Below, in pieces: positions 18,837 through 28,648 of a DNA stretch of 64,000 nucleotides. This DNA comes from an uncultured Candidatus Saccharibacteria bacterium. GTDB lineage: Bacteria > Patescibacteriota > Minisyncoccia > Phycocordibacterales > JACOZG01. The notes beneath the pieces are model-generated. The model was not told the DNA's origin. It saw only the letters and a program-made list of their open reading frames with translations, and ran no database searches. The stretch covers positions 330,455 to 394,454 of the forward strand of contig OZ246403.1 in NCBI GenBank assembly GCA_965230925.1, written 5' to 3'. Each line of letters starts with the position of its first letter. Within the stretch, counting starts at the first letter, position 1. A program made the position numbers and the translations under genes.

Positions 18837-20723
18837 TTAAGGATTAACTTTCTCATCACCGAGTTCAAAGTCGGGCTCACTGCGAAGTTCCGTATTCAAC
18901 GCCGGACGACTCGACTCTAAGCGCGCATTAGTAAAGATATCGGTTCCTGTTAGCTTGGCGGCGGAAACTACATTTGGCGCCGTACCAACCTGGCTCAAAC
19001 TCGGAAGTAATGTAACCTGGAAAGAAACTTGCCGCGGCGGGCTCGAGTAACCACGACCCGCTTTTACCAAGCCCAGGTCCCAAACCACTTCACCACCATT
19101 TGGATTGAAGGTAATTTTTTCTTCCGCCGGAGCGCTTACTCCCGCCCATTTGATATACGAAGGCAAAGTGGCTCGGACGAAAGCTTGATCAACATCACTC
19201 GCCGTATTGGCCACTGACCACACAACGGTGTACGTGGTGTCGCGACCAACACGAGGCGGAATTGGACCCCTTTCCTCGAAAGGACCACTACCGTGAAGGG
19301 CCTTGGTCGAGAGTTGCACCACTGAACTTAATTTCACCTTCTTACTCACCACGGTTTGCACCGTTGCGCTTCCCGAACCAGATTCCGTTTTCCGCGCGCG
19401 GAAGGTGGCTACCAGATTAATCGTTTGGCCATCCACACCGTAGAGCGATGTCCCCGCAAAGCTAAAGCTCAAGCGACCAGTCCCACCTGGTGGAATTACC
19501 GCAAGATCGCGATTTTCTATCTTGGTCCAGAGAACGCTATTGGTCAAAGAATTATAAAATCCTGGTGAGGCAACAACCGAGGTCGGCTTCAACGCTCGAC
19601 CAGAAAGTTTAATCTCAAGGGTGGCATCACGAATTTCAACCGGTAGATTGTTGAAGTAAGTGAGATCCGCCCGCACCACCTGATCACTAGCGGCCACCTG
19701 CTCCGCGCCACGGTTACCATCCAGAGAAAATTCCAGGGCAATCTCCGGCTTCTCTATTGTGGAAAGGGCAAAGAGTGAACCATAATTGAGCGCGATCGTA
19801 CCTTCTTCTTCCGGATCTTCCGTACCAACCAGTGCCCGGAAGGATCGGGTTTCCTCATTTTCCCCTTCCACCACACCGCGAATTTTTATTTCCCGCTTTG
19901 CTCCCGGAGCAAAGTCCCCAAGTCGCCACAAAGTCTCACCAGACACCGGCGCTGGCGTAGCTCGCTTGAAGGTAAAACCGGGTGGGTAGGTCATGAGAAG
20001 CAAAAGGTCGTGCAGTGGCGCAATGGCTGCTGATTCAAGACCAACCGTAAATTCAATTTCTTGCCCACTAATAACCGATTCCGGTAAATCGAAGGACAGA
20101 AGTAGTGGCGAAGAATTAATTGTCACCGGATAGGATTGTTTCCGATCAAAGATCGCTCCCGAGCCGGGCAAACGATACTCTACAGTAAACTTAATATCCT
20201 GAGTCGAATCCTTCTCACCAAAGATTCGAGCTTTCACCGATTGCGAAACTGATTCTCGTGGTTTGAGCGATTCTAACTTAAGAGTCTCTCGCAAAAGCTC
20301 CCGCTCGCCCGTAATGACCCTAGTCCCTGGTGGATATTCCACCACCAACTGCGCGCCTTCAAGTGGGACATTGTTTTTATTTGTCACCACCACTTGGAGA
20401 TCAAGCTCACCACCAGAGGCGAGGGTTGTTGGTCCCGCCACTTCCACCGTCACATTTTGCGCCTCAATGAAACTGCCTCCGCTGTAGAGACGAAAAAAGG
20501 CAAAGCCGATAGCGAGGATAAAGAAAAGCAACGCGCCAACAAACGCCCAGATAAGCCAAGATGACTTTTTCTTTGCCATTAATGTTTTTGGTTCTGGTGA
20601 CCAGGCGGTAGAAACGGAATCTGACTCGAGCGCCAGTGGCGTCCGTCGAGGCTCGGCCACTGCTCCCGGTTGATAGAGGCGCGAACGAAGCCGCTCAACG
20701 CCGCTCAGATTATCACCTTTCAT
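18837..20723 (-). CDS. Membrane-anchored multi-Ig-domain hypothetical protein
   Basis: One TM helix then repeated beta-sandwich domains (WRLGD, WDLG); ATG 20723 lies 7 nt after TGGTACGAT. Confidence 0.7.
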   Translation of the reverse strand: MKGDNLSGVERLRSRLYQPGAVAEPRRTPLALESDSVSTAWSPEPKTLMAKKKSSWLIWAFVGALLFFILAIGFAFFRLYSGGSFIEAQNVTVEVAGPTTLASGGELDLQVVVTNKNNVPLEGAQLVVEYPPGTRVITGERELLRETLKLESLKPRESVSQSVKARIFGEKDSTQDIKFTVEYRLPGSGAIFDRKQSYPVTINSSPLLLSFDLPESVISGQEIEFTVGLESAAIAPLHDLLLLMTYPPGFTFKRATPAPVSGETLWRLGDFAPGAKREIKIRGVVEGENEETRSFRALVGTEDPEEEGTIALNYGSLFALSTIEKPEIALEFSLDGNRGAEQVAASDQVVRADLTYFNNLPVEIRDATLEIKLSGRALKPTSVVASPGFYNSLTNSVLWTKIENRDLAVIPPGGTGRLSFSFAGTSLYGVDGQTINLVATFRARKTESGSGSATVQTVVSKKVKLSSVVQLSTKALHGSGPFEERGPIPPRVGRDTTYTVVWSVANTASDVDQAFVRATLPSYIKWAGVSAPAEEKITFNPNGGEVVWDLGLVKAGRGYSSPPRQVSFQVTLLPSLSQVGTAPNVVSAAKLTGTDIFTNARLESSRPALNTELRSEPDFELGDEKVNP

Positions 20724-20739
20724 TCCTCGTATCGTACCA

Positions 20740-21309
20740 TCAAAGGTGGCTCGCGGCCAGAGCATTGGTGACCTCCGTTACCAGATCGGCGCGCACAGGA
20801 GATGGAAGCGCAAGACTCTCGCGAGTCCACGGAAGCTCGAGCTCTGGGCGCTTCAAGTAACCTAGCGCCGCGAGGAGGCGCGCGCCCGCGAGAAGTGAAT
20901 AATTATTTAATTCTTCAGAAGAAAGCGGTGAGGTGAGAACCAAGTTCCAACCATCTTTCAAGTCATAGTAAGCGGCTTCAAGTGGGGCCTCGCCGTGGAC
21001 CAAACGTTGGGCGAGAGACAACACTCGGCCAAAAGCCCGCAATTTCGTAAGTAATTCGGCGCGTTCAGCCACCAATAAACGCTCAGCTGAAACGAGTCGC
21101 CAATATTCTTTACCGCGCACCAGACTCACCCTCACCACGGACCCATAACCAATATGTCCACGCAACTTCGACGTCACCTTCCGCACCCCTTGAGCAATCG
21201 CCGTCACGAGACCCAAGTCGGGCGTCAGAACATCAACCAAAAGGCTCGCTTCCCCGCGCAGACGCGTGCCTAAAACTATTCCTTCAGTCTGATAGAGTCG
21301 GTAAGCCAA
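20740..21309 (-). CDS. recO: DNA repair protein RecO (short, no Zn finger)
   Basis: TEGIVL..RGEASLLVDVLTPDLGLVTAIAQGVRKVTSKL N-terminal OB fold; LLAALGY. Confidence 0.8.
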   Translation of the reverse strand: MAYRLYQTEGIVLGTRLRGEASLLVDVLTPDLGLVTAIAQGVRKVTSKLRGHIGYGSVVRVSLVRGKEYWRLVSAERLLVAERAELLTKLRAFGRVLSLAQRLVHGEAPLEAAYYDLKDGWNLVLTSPLSSEELNNYSLLAGARLLAALGYLKRPELELPWTRESLALPSPVRADLVTEVTNALAASHL

Positions 21310-23445
21310 TTAATTCGTCAACTGAAACACCCCACTACCACCATATATCGTTTGGCCATTTACCACGGCCTTAAGGCGGAAGTAATAAAAACCGGGTGGC
21401 ACTGTGGCCAGACTCATGGATTCGCTGAAGTCATTGCTGGTGGTAAAGGCGTTGAAGTTGGTGGCGGGTTGATTGGCGGCAGTAAACAGCTCCATGGTTA
21501 AGTTTTGACTCATACCTACGCCAGTGGTAGTCCAGGTTACGGTGTGGCCGGTTTGATTAGACCAATTGGCATTGTATGTTGGCGAGGTGATGGTGATAAC
21601 TGGGGTTGAACCTCCGCTCCCACCACCCGAATTTCCTCCTGATGTCGCTGTAACCGTGAACCACGAGCTCCAACCTCCAGTCTCTACTCCACCAATAGAG
21701 GCAAAGATCCGCAAACGATATTGGCCAGAAGTGAGGCTGTTAGGAAGCGTAAGTGTCCCGCTACCGGCACTGTTCGTTGCCGTTGTGCTATACATCACCG
21801 TACCCGATTGATCCAAAACCTTTACATTAAGTGTTTGCGCTCCCGCGAGACCACTCGACACCCAACTGTAAACCACACTCGAACCAGGCTGATAGGAACC
21901 ACCACTCGGGTTGGTAACGAAGAGTGAAGCTGTGGGATTGTTTGGTGGAGGAGGTGGGGGCGGCGGAGGTGGATTATTACCACCAGTGTCACCCGTCAAC
22001 TGAAACACCCCACTACCACCATATATCGTTTGGCCATTTACCACGGCCTTAAGGCGGAAGTAATAAAAACCGGGTGGCACTGTGGCCAGACTCATGGATT
22101 CGCTGAAGTCATTGCTGGTGGTAAAGGCGTTGAAGTTGGTGGCGGGTTGATTGGCGGCAGTAAACAGCTCCATGGTTAAGTTTTGACTCATACCTACGCC
22201 AGTGGTAGTCCAGGTTACGGTGTGGCCGGTTTGATTAGACCAATTGGCATTGTATGTTGGCGAGGTGATGGTGATTGAAGGAGTAAAGTTGTTTGAGCCA
22301 CTATTCGAGGAAGAGTTGTCGTCACCAGAATCATCATCGGAAGCTTCTTCGTTCACACTAAACCAAGAACTCCAGGCTTCGCGAGTTTGCCCACCAAGAA
22401 CGGCGGAAACTCTAAATCGGTATTGTCCATCATTGAGTGAATTAGAAAGATGGAAACTCTTAGAGTCATTAGTGCCACTATCACTCTCCGAATCTACCGC
22501 CGATCCAGAGTTGTTGAGTAGTTGGATAGAAATAGACGGGTTGCTGACCGGCGAATTACTAATCTGCCAAGAAACAGGAACATAATCTCCTGGCTCATAA
22601 CTTCCCCCCGTCGGACTGGTCACAAAAACGGTGGGGGTTGAAGATTGATTGTTACTAGAAGATCCGGCTTCTGGATTAAGCACTATTTTCAACAAATGCG
22701 TGTCGTTTCCCTGAGGGATCGCCACAGAAAGTTGATTATCTTGGGAACCTTGTCGAGTGGTAGTAAAGCTGTGGAGCTCGCCAGTCTTGAGCATCACAGC
22801 CCTAACATAGCCGTTAAAGTCAGTGCCATATGTACCAATTATCGTATTACCACGCTGAATCTTCACTAAAGCACCAGGAATTGGTGAATTATTACCGCCA
22901 GCACGCACAACCCAAACATCTACCGCCCTAAAACCAGTAGTATTATTTGGCGTAGTTACAGCGGGAGCGTTATTACACCCATACAGCTGATTCATCTTGG
23001 CGCGGGTTGAATTACCGAAATTACCCGTAGGGTTGGTTAAGCCATTGGGGGTTAATATTTCACTTCGGTATTTGTTTTGGAACCAGTTTATCGCGAAAGT
23101 AGTAGCCACATCATATGAAAAACGTAATTGAGGATTTAAAGTAGCAACACCATTGTAGCCCTCAAATTTTAGCGCTTGATGAAGCCTGGCCACCTCCGTC
23201 CCAAAATCACTTAAACTCAAATTATTGTTGAAGGTGTAGCACCAGCCACCAGAATTAGCGCTACCCGACCCAGAATTTCCTGAACCTGAGTTGGCTTGCT
23301 GATTTTGCAAATTCTGTAACTGACTTTGCAAAGACGTAATTTGCGCCTGAATATTCGCAATTTGTTCAGCCAAAGTCTCGGCCGAAACTCCAAGAGGCAA
23401 AAGAAGAAAAGCGACCAGTAAACCGGCTAAAAGTTTTTTAAACAT
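21310..23445 (-). CDS. Surface protein: coiled coil, PG-binding domain and four Ser/Thr-rich Ig-like domains (A-B-A'-B)
   Basis: Signal peptide; CYTFNNNLS...FQNKYRSEILTPNGL..PTGNFGNSTRAKMN; repeated VTSPxGG / ITSPTYN domains; poly-Pro linker. Confidence 0.8.
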   Translation of the reverse strand: MFKKLLAGLLVAFLLLPLGVSAETLAEQIANIQAQITSLQSQLQNLQNQQANSGSGNSGSGSANSGGWCYTFNNNLSLSDFGTEVARLHQALKFEGYNGVATLNPQLRFSYDVATTFAINWFQNKYRSEILTPNGLTNPTGNFGNSTRAKMNQLYGCNNAPAVTTPNNTTGFRAVDVWVVRAGGNNSPIPGALVKIQRGNTIIGTYGTDFNGYVRAVMLKTGELHSFTTTRQGSQDNQLSVAIPQGNDTHLLKIVLNPEAGSSSNNQSSTPTVFVTSPTGGSYEPGDYVPVSWQISNSPVSNPSISIQLLNNSGSAVDSESDSGTNDSKSFHLSNSLNDGQYRFRVSAVLGGQTREAWSSWFSVNEEASDDDSGDDNSSSNSGSNNFTPSITITSPTYNANWSNQTGHTVTWTTTGVGMSQNLTMELFTAANQPATNFNAFTTSNDFSESMSLATVPPGFYYFRLKAVVNGQTIYGGSGVFQLTGDTGGNNPPPPPPPPPPNNPTASLFVTNPSGGSYQPGSSVVYSWVSSGLAGAQTLNVKVLDQSGTVMYSTTATNSAGSGTLTLPNSLTSGQYRLRIFASIGGVETGGWSSWFTVTATSGGNSGGGSGGSTPVITITSPTYNANWSNQTGHTVTWTTTGVGMSQNLTMELFTAANQPATNFNAFTTSNDFSESMSLATVPPGFYYFRLKAVVNGQTIYGGSGVFQLTN
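21316..22275. repeat. Two identical 282-bp direct repeats (21316-21597 and 21994-22275)
   Basis: No difference found on base-by-base reading; offset 678 nt; 94 codons each. Confidence 0.92.
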
Positions 23446-23480
23446 TATTAAGTTTTTAATCGCAAACTAGTAATGCTGTA

Positions 23481-26400
23481 CTATACCACAATCTCGGGCG
23501 CATTTACTTCAGCAAAGTGGATAGCGCTTGACTTAGTGGCCTTTTTTAAGTCTTCAAGTAAAACAGTAGGAAAATTCTGGTAAACGCTCGGGAGAGTGGT
23601 CTGCACCACGTCTCCCGGCTTAAGACCCTTTTCTTTCCGTAAATCTTGAATTTCCCGAATCAGCTCGCGCAACTCCCCCTCTTGTTTGAGTTCTGGAGTA
23701 ATCGTGAGATCGAGCTCAACTTCTGTTGGTAAATTATCTACGAAAATTATTTCTTTTACATTTACTTCATCGCGAATGAGGGCGAGAAATTCTTCGGCCA
23801 AAGATTGTTTAATCTTGAGCGAAGCAAGCGGCTGACGAACTTTGATCCCTGCTTTCGTTCTGGCTTCAAGCGCGAGTGACACTAAGCGGCGCGTTTCAAT
23901 CATCATCGCGAGGATCGTTTGATCAAATTCTCTTGCAGTAGGCCAGTTAGACAAATGCACGCTTTCTTCATCGCTCAAAATTTTTACTTTCTGCCAAATG
24001 GTCTCGGCGAGGAAAGGCGTGAAAGGTGCCAAAACTTTTGAAAGTTTATGCAAGACATGGCCCAAAACCCGAATCGCATCAGCCTTGTCTTGCACATCAT
24101 CACCCTTAAAGCGCTCGCGCGAGCGACGCAAGTACCAGACTGAAAGATCGTCGACAAAGAGATCGAAGGGTCGAGCGGCAAGATCAAGGGTGTAATTATC
24201 GAGACCAGCTGTGACCTCTTGCCCCAGTTGCGCCAAGCGATTCAAGATCCAACGATCGAGCACATGTTTACACTCGCCAAGATCTTTCTCGTCCCCGCTC
24301 GCCTCGCCTTTATACAATTCATAAAAAGCAAGGACGTTCTCGAGGCGCATAATGACCCGACGCAAGACTTCTCCTAAACCTTTTTCGGAAAAGTTGAGAT
24401 CATCGCCGCGCATCGCCGGGGAAGCAAGCAGGTAAAGTCGCAAGGCATCAGCGCCATATTTATCGAGAGTCGGCTCAATTTCCGGATAATTCTTGAGTCG
24501 CTTCGACATTTTCTGACCATCTTCAGCCAAGATCAAACCGTTCACGATCACATTCTGAAACGCCGGTTTGTCGAAGAGCGCCACCGAGAGCACGGTGAGC
24601 ACATAGAACCAACCGCGTGTTTGGTCCAACCCTTCGCCAATGAAATTTGCCGGAAAATTGTGATCAAACCATTCTTTATTCTCAAACGGATAATGCGCTT
24701 GGCCATAAGGCATCGAGCCAGAGTCGTACCAAACGTCGAAGACTTCCGGCACCCGGATCATCTTCTCGCCGCTCTCATCCACCAGTTCTAAGTCGTCAAT
24801 ATATGGTCGATGAAGATCGAGCTCGAACTGCTCATTGTGTGGCAATGAAACAAAAGACAGCTCCCGCACTTCCGAATTCTTAATAAAATCTTCTGGCTTG
24901 TTGGCAATCGTCTGCTCATTAGTCCAGCCAAAAGCTCCGGACCACAACATCCAGGTTACATATTCATGCGTCGATATGAGAATCGTTTTGTTTTGATACT
25001 TCGTCTCGAGCTCATACATAAAGGCCATCGCGCGACGGCGCAAGTCGGCCAAATTTTCCCCACCTTCCGGCCGCTTCCACATCATTTCGATATAGGTCGA
25101 GAAAAAGTCGTGATACTCTCCCACCGTTTTACCATCAAATTCGCCAGTATGAATTTCTTCAATCCGCTCATCAAAGATAATTTTATCGAGCGGGTAACCA
25201 ATTTCCTTTGCCACAATCTCGCTTGTCTCTTTACCGCGAGTAAAGGGCGAAGAAAAGATTAGATCGATTTTTTCTCCCGCGAGTTTCTTAGCTGCCTCTT
25301 GGGTTTCCTTCACCCCACGTTCGGTCAGTTTGGCACCACTGTTTTGCTTACTACTTATAATCCCCGTCGCATTGTTTTCCCCATGACCATGACGCATCAC
25401 GAGGTAGCGATTGCCGGATTTCTTCACATGCTTTCGCAAATCTTCAACCGAGCCAATGACCACCACTTCACCGCTTGCTTTGCGCCAGACCGGTAGCGGC
25501 GTACCCCAGAATCGCGAGCGCGAGACGGCCCAATCGCGGGCACCCTCAAGCCATTTGCCGAAGCGACCATCTTTAATATGTTCAGGGACCCACTTAACAC
25601 TCGCATTATGCTTGAGCATTTTCTCCTTAAGCTCGGTAACTTTAATAAACCAAGAACTCGCCGCGTAATTGAGAAGCGGTGTCTCACAACGCCAACAATG
25701 CGGGTAGGAGTGAACAATCTTTTTCTTATCAAACAATAAATTCTTGGCCGCCAAATATTTGATAATCAAAATGTCGGTTGATTGATGATCATCCTTCGGC
25801 TTCACGTCAAGCCCCGCAAAATCCTTCGCTTCCGGTTTCATCTTGCCTTCCATGTCCACATGTTGAATAAACGGCAATTTATTCGCCTCGCCCAACTTCA
25901 TATCATCTTCACCAAAAGCAGGGGCAATATGCACAATCCCCGTCCCATCTTCTGTGGTCACAAAATCAGCCCCAAAAACTTCCCCTTCAGTGATGTAATA
26001 ATCAAAAAGGGTTTTGTATTTCTTACCGATTAGTTTTTCACCAGAAAATTCTTCAACAATCTCAAATTCTTTTTCTTTCAAAACGTCAGTAAGGCGCTCT
26101 TTGGCTAAAATATAATTTTCTTCGCCTATTTTTATTCGCACATAATTCGTACCAGTATTTACCGCGAGGGCCGCATTGCCGGGCAAAGTCCAAGGTGTGG
26201 TGGTCCAAGCAAGCAAATATTCCTTTGTTTCGGATTTCGAATTTAGAATTTCGAATTTTACATATACAGATATGTCAGTGATATCTTTGTAACCCTGATT
26301 CACCTCGAAGTTCGCGAGCGTCGTCCCACAACGTGGACACAAGTGCATCGATTTATAGCCTTCATAAACCAAACCTTTGTCCCAAAGAGTTTTGAAAACC

Positions 26401-26876
26401 CACCAACCGCTTTCCATGAAGCTCGGGTCCATCGTTTTGTAATCCCGCTCCATGTCGACGAAGCGACCGAGCCGCGGAATCACCCTCTTCCACTCATCAG
26501 CATAACGGAGCACACTCTCGCGCGCCTTCTCGTTGAAGGTCACAATACCTAGGTTCTCAATATCTTTTTTCGTCTTAAGGCCGAGTTCCTTCTCGATCAA
26601 ATTCTCAATCGGCAAACCGTGGCAGTCCCAACCCCAGCGCCGAAGCACGCGTTTACCCCGCATGGTCTGATAACGCGGGATCACATCCTTGAGCGTACTT
26701 GCGAGCAGGTGACCATAGTGAGGCGTGCCGGTAGCGTACGGTGGGCCGTCGTAAAACACGAAATCGCCGCTTTTTCCTTCAAGCGATTTCTCAAAAATTT
26801 TCTTGTCTTGCCAAAACTTCAGAATTTCTTCCTCTCGCTTGGCAACTTGAGACTTATTTATGTCCTTCTCAGTCAT
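23481..26876 (-). CDS. ileS: Isoleucine--tRNA ligase (type II) with inserted histidine-phosphatase domain
   Basis: FYDGPPYATGTPHYGH, GWDCHGLP, WTTTPWT, EGLDQTRGWF, KMSKR; insert with MRHG motif. Confidence 0.95.
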   Translation of the reverse strand: MTEKDINKSQVAKREEEILKFWQDKKIFEKSLEGKSGDFVFYDGPPYATGTPHYGHLLASTLKDVIPRYQTMRGKRVLRRWGWDCHGLPIENLIEKELGLKTKKDIENLGIVTFNEKARESVLRYADEWKRVIPRLGRFVDMERDYKTMDPSFMESGWWVFKTLWDKGLVYEGYKSMHLCPRCGTTLANFEVNQGYKDITDISVYVKFEILNSKSETKEYLLAWTTTPWTLPGNAALAVNTGTNYVRIKIGEENYILAKERLTDVLKEKEFEIVEEFSGEKLIGKKYKTLFDYYITEGEVFGADFVTTEDGTGIVHIAPAFGEDDMKLGEANKLPFIQHVDMEGKMKPEAKDFAGLDVKPKDDHQSTDILIIKYLAAKNLLFDKKKIVHSYPHCWRCETPLLNYAASSWFIKVTELKEKMLKHNASVKWVPEHIKDGRFGKWLEGARDWAVSRSRFWGTPLPVWRKASGEVVVIGSVEDLRKHVKKSGNRYLVMRHGHGENNATGIISSKQNSGAKLTERGVKETQEAAKKLAGEKIDLIFSSPFTRGKETSEIVAKEIGYPLDKIIFDERIEEIHTGEFDGKTVGEYHDFFSTYIEMMWKRPEGGENLADLRRRAMAFMYELETKYQNKTILISTHEYVTWMLWSGAFGWTNEQTIANKPEDFIKNSEVRELSFVSLPHNEQFELDLHRPYIDDLELVDESGEKMIRVPEVFDVWYDSGSMPYGQAHYPFENKEWFDHNFPANFIGEGLDQTRGWFYVLTVLSVALFDKPAFQNVIVNGLILAEDGQKMSKRLKNYPEIEPTLDKYGADALRLYLLASPAMRGDDLNFSEKGLGEVLRRVIMRLENVLAFYELYKGEASGDEKDLGECKHVLDRWILNRLAQLGQEVTAGLDNYTLDLAARPFDLFVDDLSVWYLRRSRERFKGDDVQDKADAIRVLGHVLHKLSKVLAPFTPFLAETIWQKVKILSDEESVHLSNWPTAREFDQTILAMMIETRRLVSLALEARTKAGIKVRQPLASLKIKQSLAEEFLALIRDEVNVKEIIFVDNLPTEVELDLTITPELKQEGELRELIREIQDLRKEKGLKPGDVVQTTLPSVYQNFPTVLLEDLKKATKSSAIHFAEVNAPEIVV

Positions 26877-26905
26877 TCACCCTCAATCTTAGGCGTAAAA
26901 AGCTC

Positions 26906-28645
26906 TTAGGGCAAATTTGGATCGTAAAGATAAATATCGGGATCACTCAAGCCGTGGCGGAAATCTTGCCACACAATACGCTCGCCGCTCACCGATGGCT
27001 TCGTTTGACCAGCCGAATTAATTGTAATCTGGGTAACCACATCAGAATCTAAATTGAGTCGGAAAACATCTTCATTGTCTGAACCACCTGCAATGCCTGA
27101 CCAAACCACCTGATTGCCCGAGATTTGTGCGTGTGACTCAACCAAGCTATCACTAGTAATTGCTTGCCCTAAGGTGCCTGGCGGCGTGGAGGTGCTAAGA
27201 GTAATTAAATAGAGATTAAAACCATTATTATCGGCCCTCTTCCAAACCAACTTGTTGCCATCTAGAGCTGGCTCGCCCACCATGGTTCCACCACCAAGAG
27301 GTAAAGTGATTCCGGAGGTTAATTGTCGCGCCGTCATCGGTGCAGCATTTTCCACATTCTGATTAGACCACACTAGCCAAGAGTCAGAAATTTTTGGATT
27401 TATTTTGTCCCCCGGACCAGCCGTGGCCACAATAGCACTACCAGAAACCAGGTTTAGAAAATGGATATTCCAATTACCGTTCCGGTTGTCTTGCCAAGCA
27501 ATCCATTCGTTCGAAATTGTTGGATACTGTTGCTCAAAAGAATTATTCGTAACATTAATTTTACCGAGATCCGCAAACCAGGAGAAATAAACATAAACAT
27601 CAGTCTGCCCCTCACTTATCTCCTCCCAAACAACTACCCAACCCATTCCCAGCTCTGGTCCAGGATAATCGAAACTTGATATCTGTGGTCTGGCGCGCAA
27701 TTCAGGCCCTTCACTCAGCGGCGTGGTTGATCCGGTTTGCAAGTCCCGCACATAAATAGCGTGTAAACCATTGGAAATATCGTGCCAAGCTACAAAATTA
27801 CCCGAAATATCTGGATCAATTTGGCCGCCTTCGCTAGATAATTGCTGAACATGTTCTTCTTCTCCTGTAGGAATTTCTACTTCGATCTGTCGGGGTTCAG
27901 TATCCACAGCACCACAGTTGTCGGTAACTCTAAGCGTCGCGTTATATATCCCCGCTTCGGTGTAAATATGGTTTACCACCGGTGAAGTGGTGGACGTACC
28001 ATCTCCAAACTGCCAGAGATAGGAAACGATTGTGCCATTAGCATCGCTCGATCCAGAACCATCAAAAGGAACTATTTCTCCCGGCTGTGAGTCAAACCAA
28101 TCATCACCCGGATCAGCAACTGGCGGCACATTATTATCGCAGGGATTAATTGTGGCCACATTTACGGTGAAATTGAGTGGAGCTGACACGGCACCACACT
28201 CATCTCGCACGAGAAGTGTGGCTTGGAAATTGCCGGGTGAAGAGTAGCTATGGGTAACCGTGTGTGCCGTTTGCCAATCACTCGAAGCGCCATCGCCGAA
28301 GATCCAAGAGTAAGCCGTTACCGAACCATCGGAATCTGGATCAAAAGAAAGTGAACCATTAAAAACAATTGGCGTGCCCTGATCGCCAGAAGGAACAGGG
28401 TTCACCCGAGCAACAGGAGGTTGATTTACATTACAAGTATTGTAATGAGGGACTAAAGAAGGTTGTTCATCGAAGGGAATAACTTCTAGTGGCACTTGCT
28501 GTGTGCCGCCAGGCTTAGTGTCGGGGCCAGGATACGACTTACCAAAAAGACCGGTTGGTGAAGTTCTTGAAGACTGAACATAACCCACAGCTAGGAGAAG
28601 AATGACGAGAAGAAGAATAGCGGAGAAGCGGCTTTTATCAGACAT
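26906..28645 (-). CDS. Secreted protein with two PKD domains and beta-propeller repeats
   Basis: WIFGDG and WQFGDG PKD motifs; repeated PxIxGxxVVW..DxR propeller blades. Confidence 0.8.
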   Translation of the reverse strand: MSDKSRFSAILLLVILLLAVGYVQSSRTSPTGLFGKSYPGPDTKPGGTQQVPLEVIPFDEQPSLVPHYNTCNVNQPPVARVNPVPSGDQGTPIVFNGSLSFDPDSDGSVTAYSWIFGDGASSDWQTAHTVTHSYSSPGNFQATLLVRDECGAVSAPLNFTVNVATINPCDNNVPPVADPGDDWFDSQPGEIVPFDGSGSSDANGTIVSYLWQFGDGTSTTSPVVNHIYTEAGIYNATLRVTDNCGAVDTEPRQIEVEIPTGEEEHVQQLSSEGGQIDPDISGNFVAWHDISNGLHAIYVRDLQTGSTTPLSEGPELRARPQISSFDYPGPELGMGWVVVWEEISEGQTDVYVYFSWFADLGKINVTNNSFEQQYPTISNEWIAWQDNRNGNWNIHFLNLVSGSAIVATAGPGDKINPKISDSWLVWSNQNVENAAPMTARQLTSGITLPLGGGTMVGEPALDGNKLVWKRADNNGFNLYLITLSTSTPPGTLGQAITSDSLVESHAQISGNQVVWSGIAGGSDNEDVFRLNLDSDVVTQITINSAGQTKPSVSGERIVWQDFRHGLSDPDIYLYDPNLP

Positions 28646-28648
28646 TCC

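Noticed and set aside
21316-22275. Diversity-generating retroelement TR/VR pair
   Set aside because: Copies are identical with no adenine-specific mismatches, both are in-frame in one gene, and no reverse transcriptase is in the window
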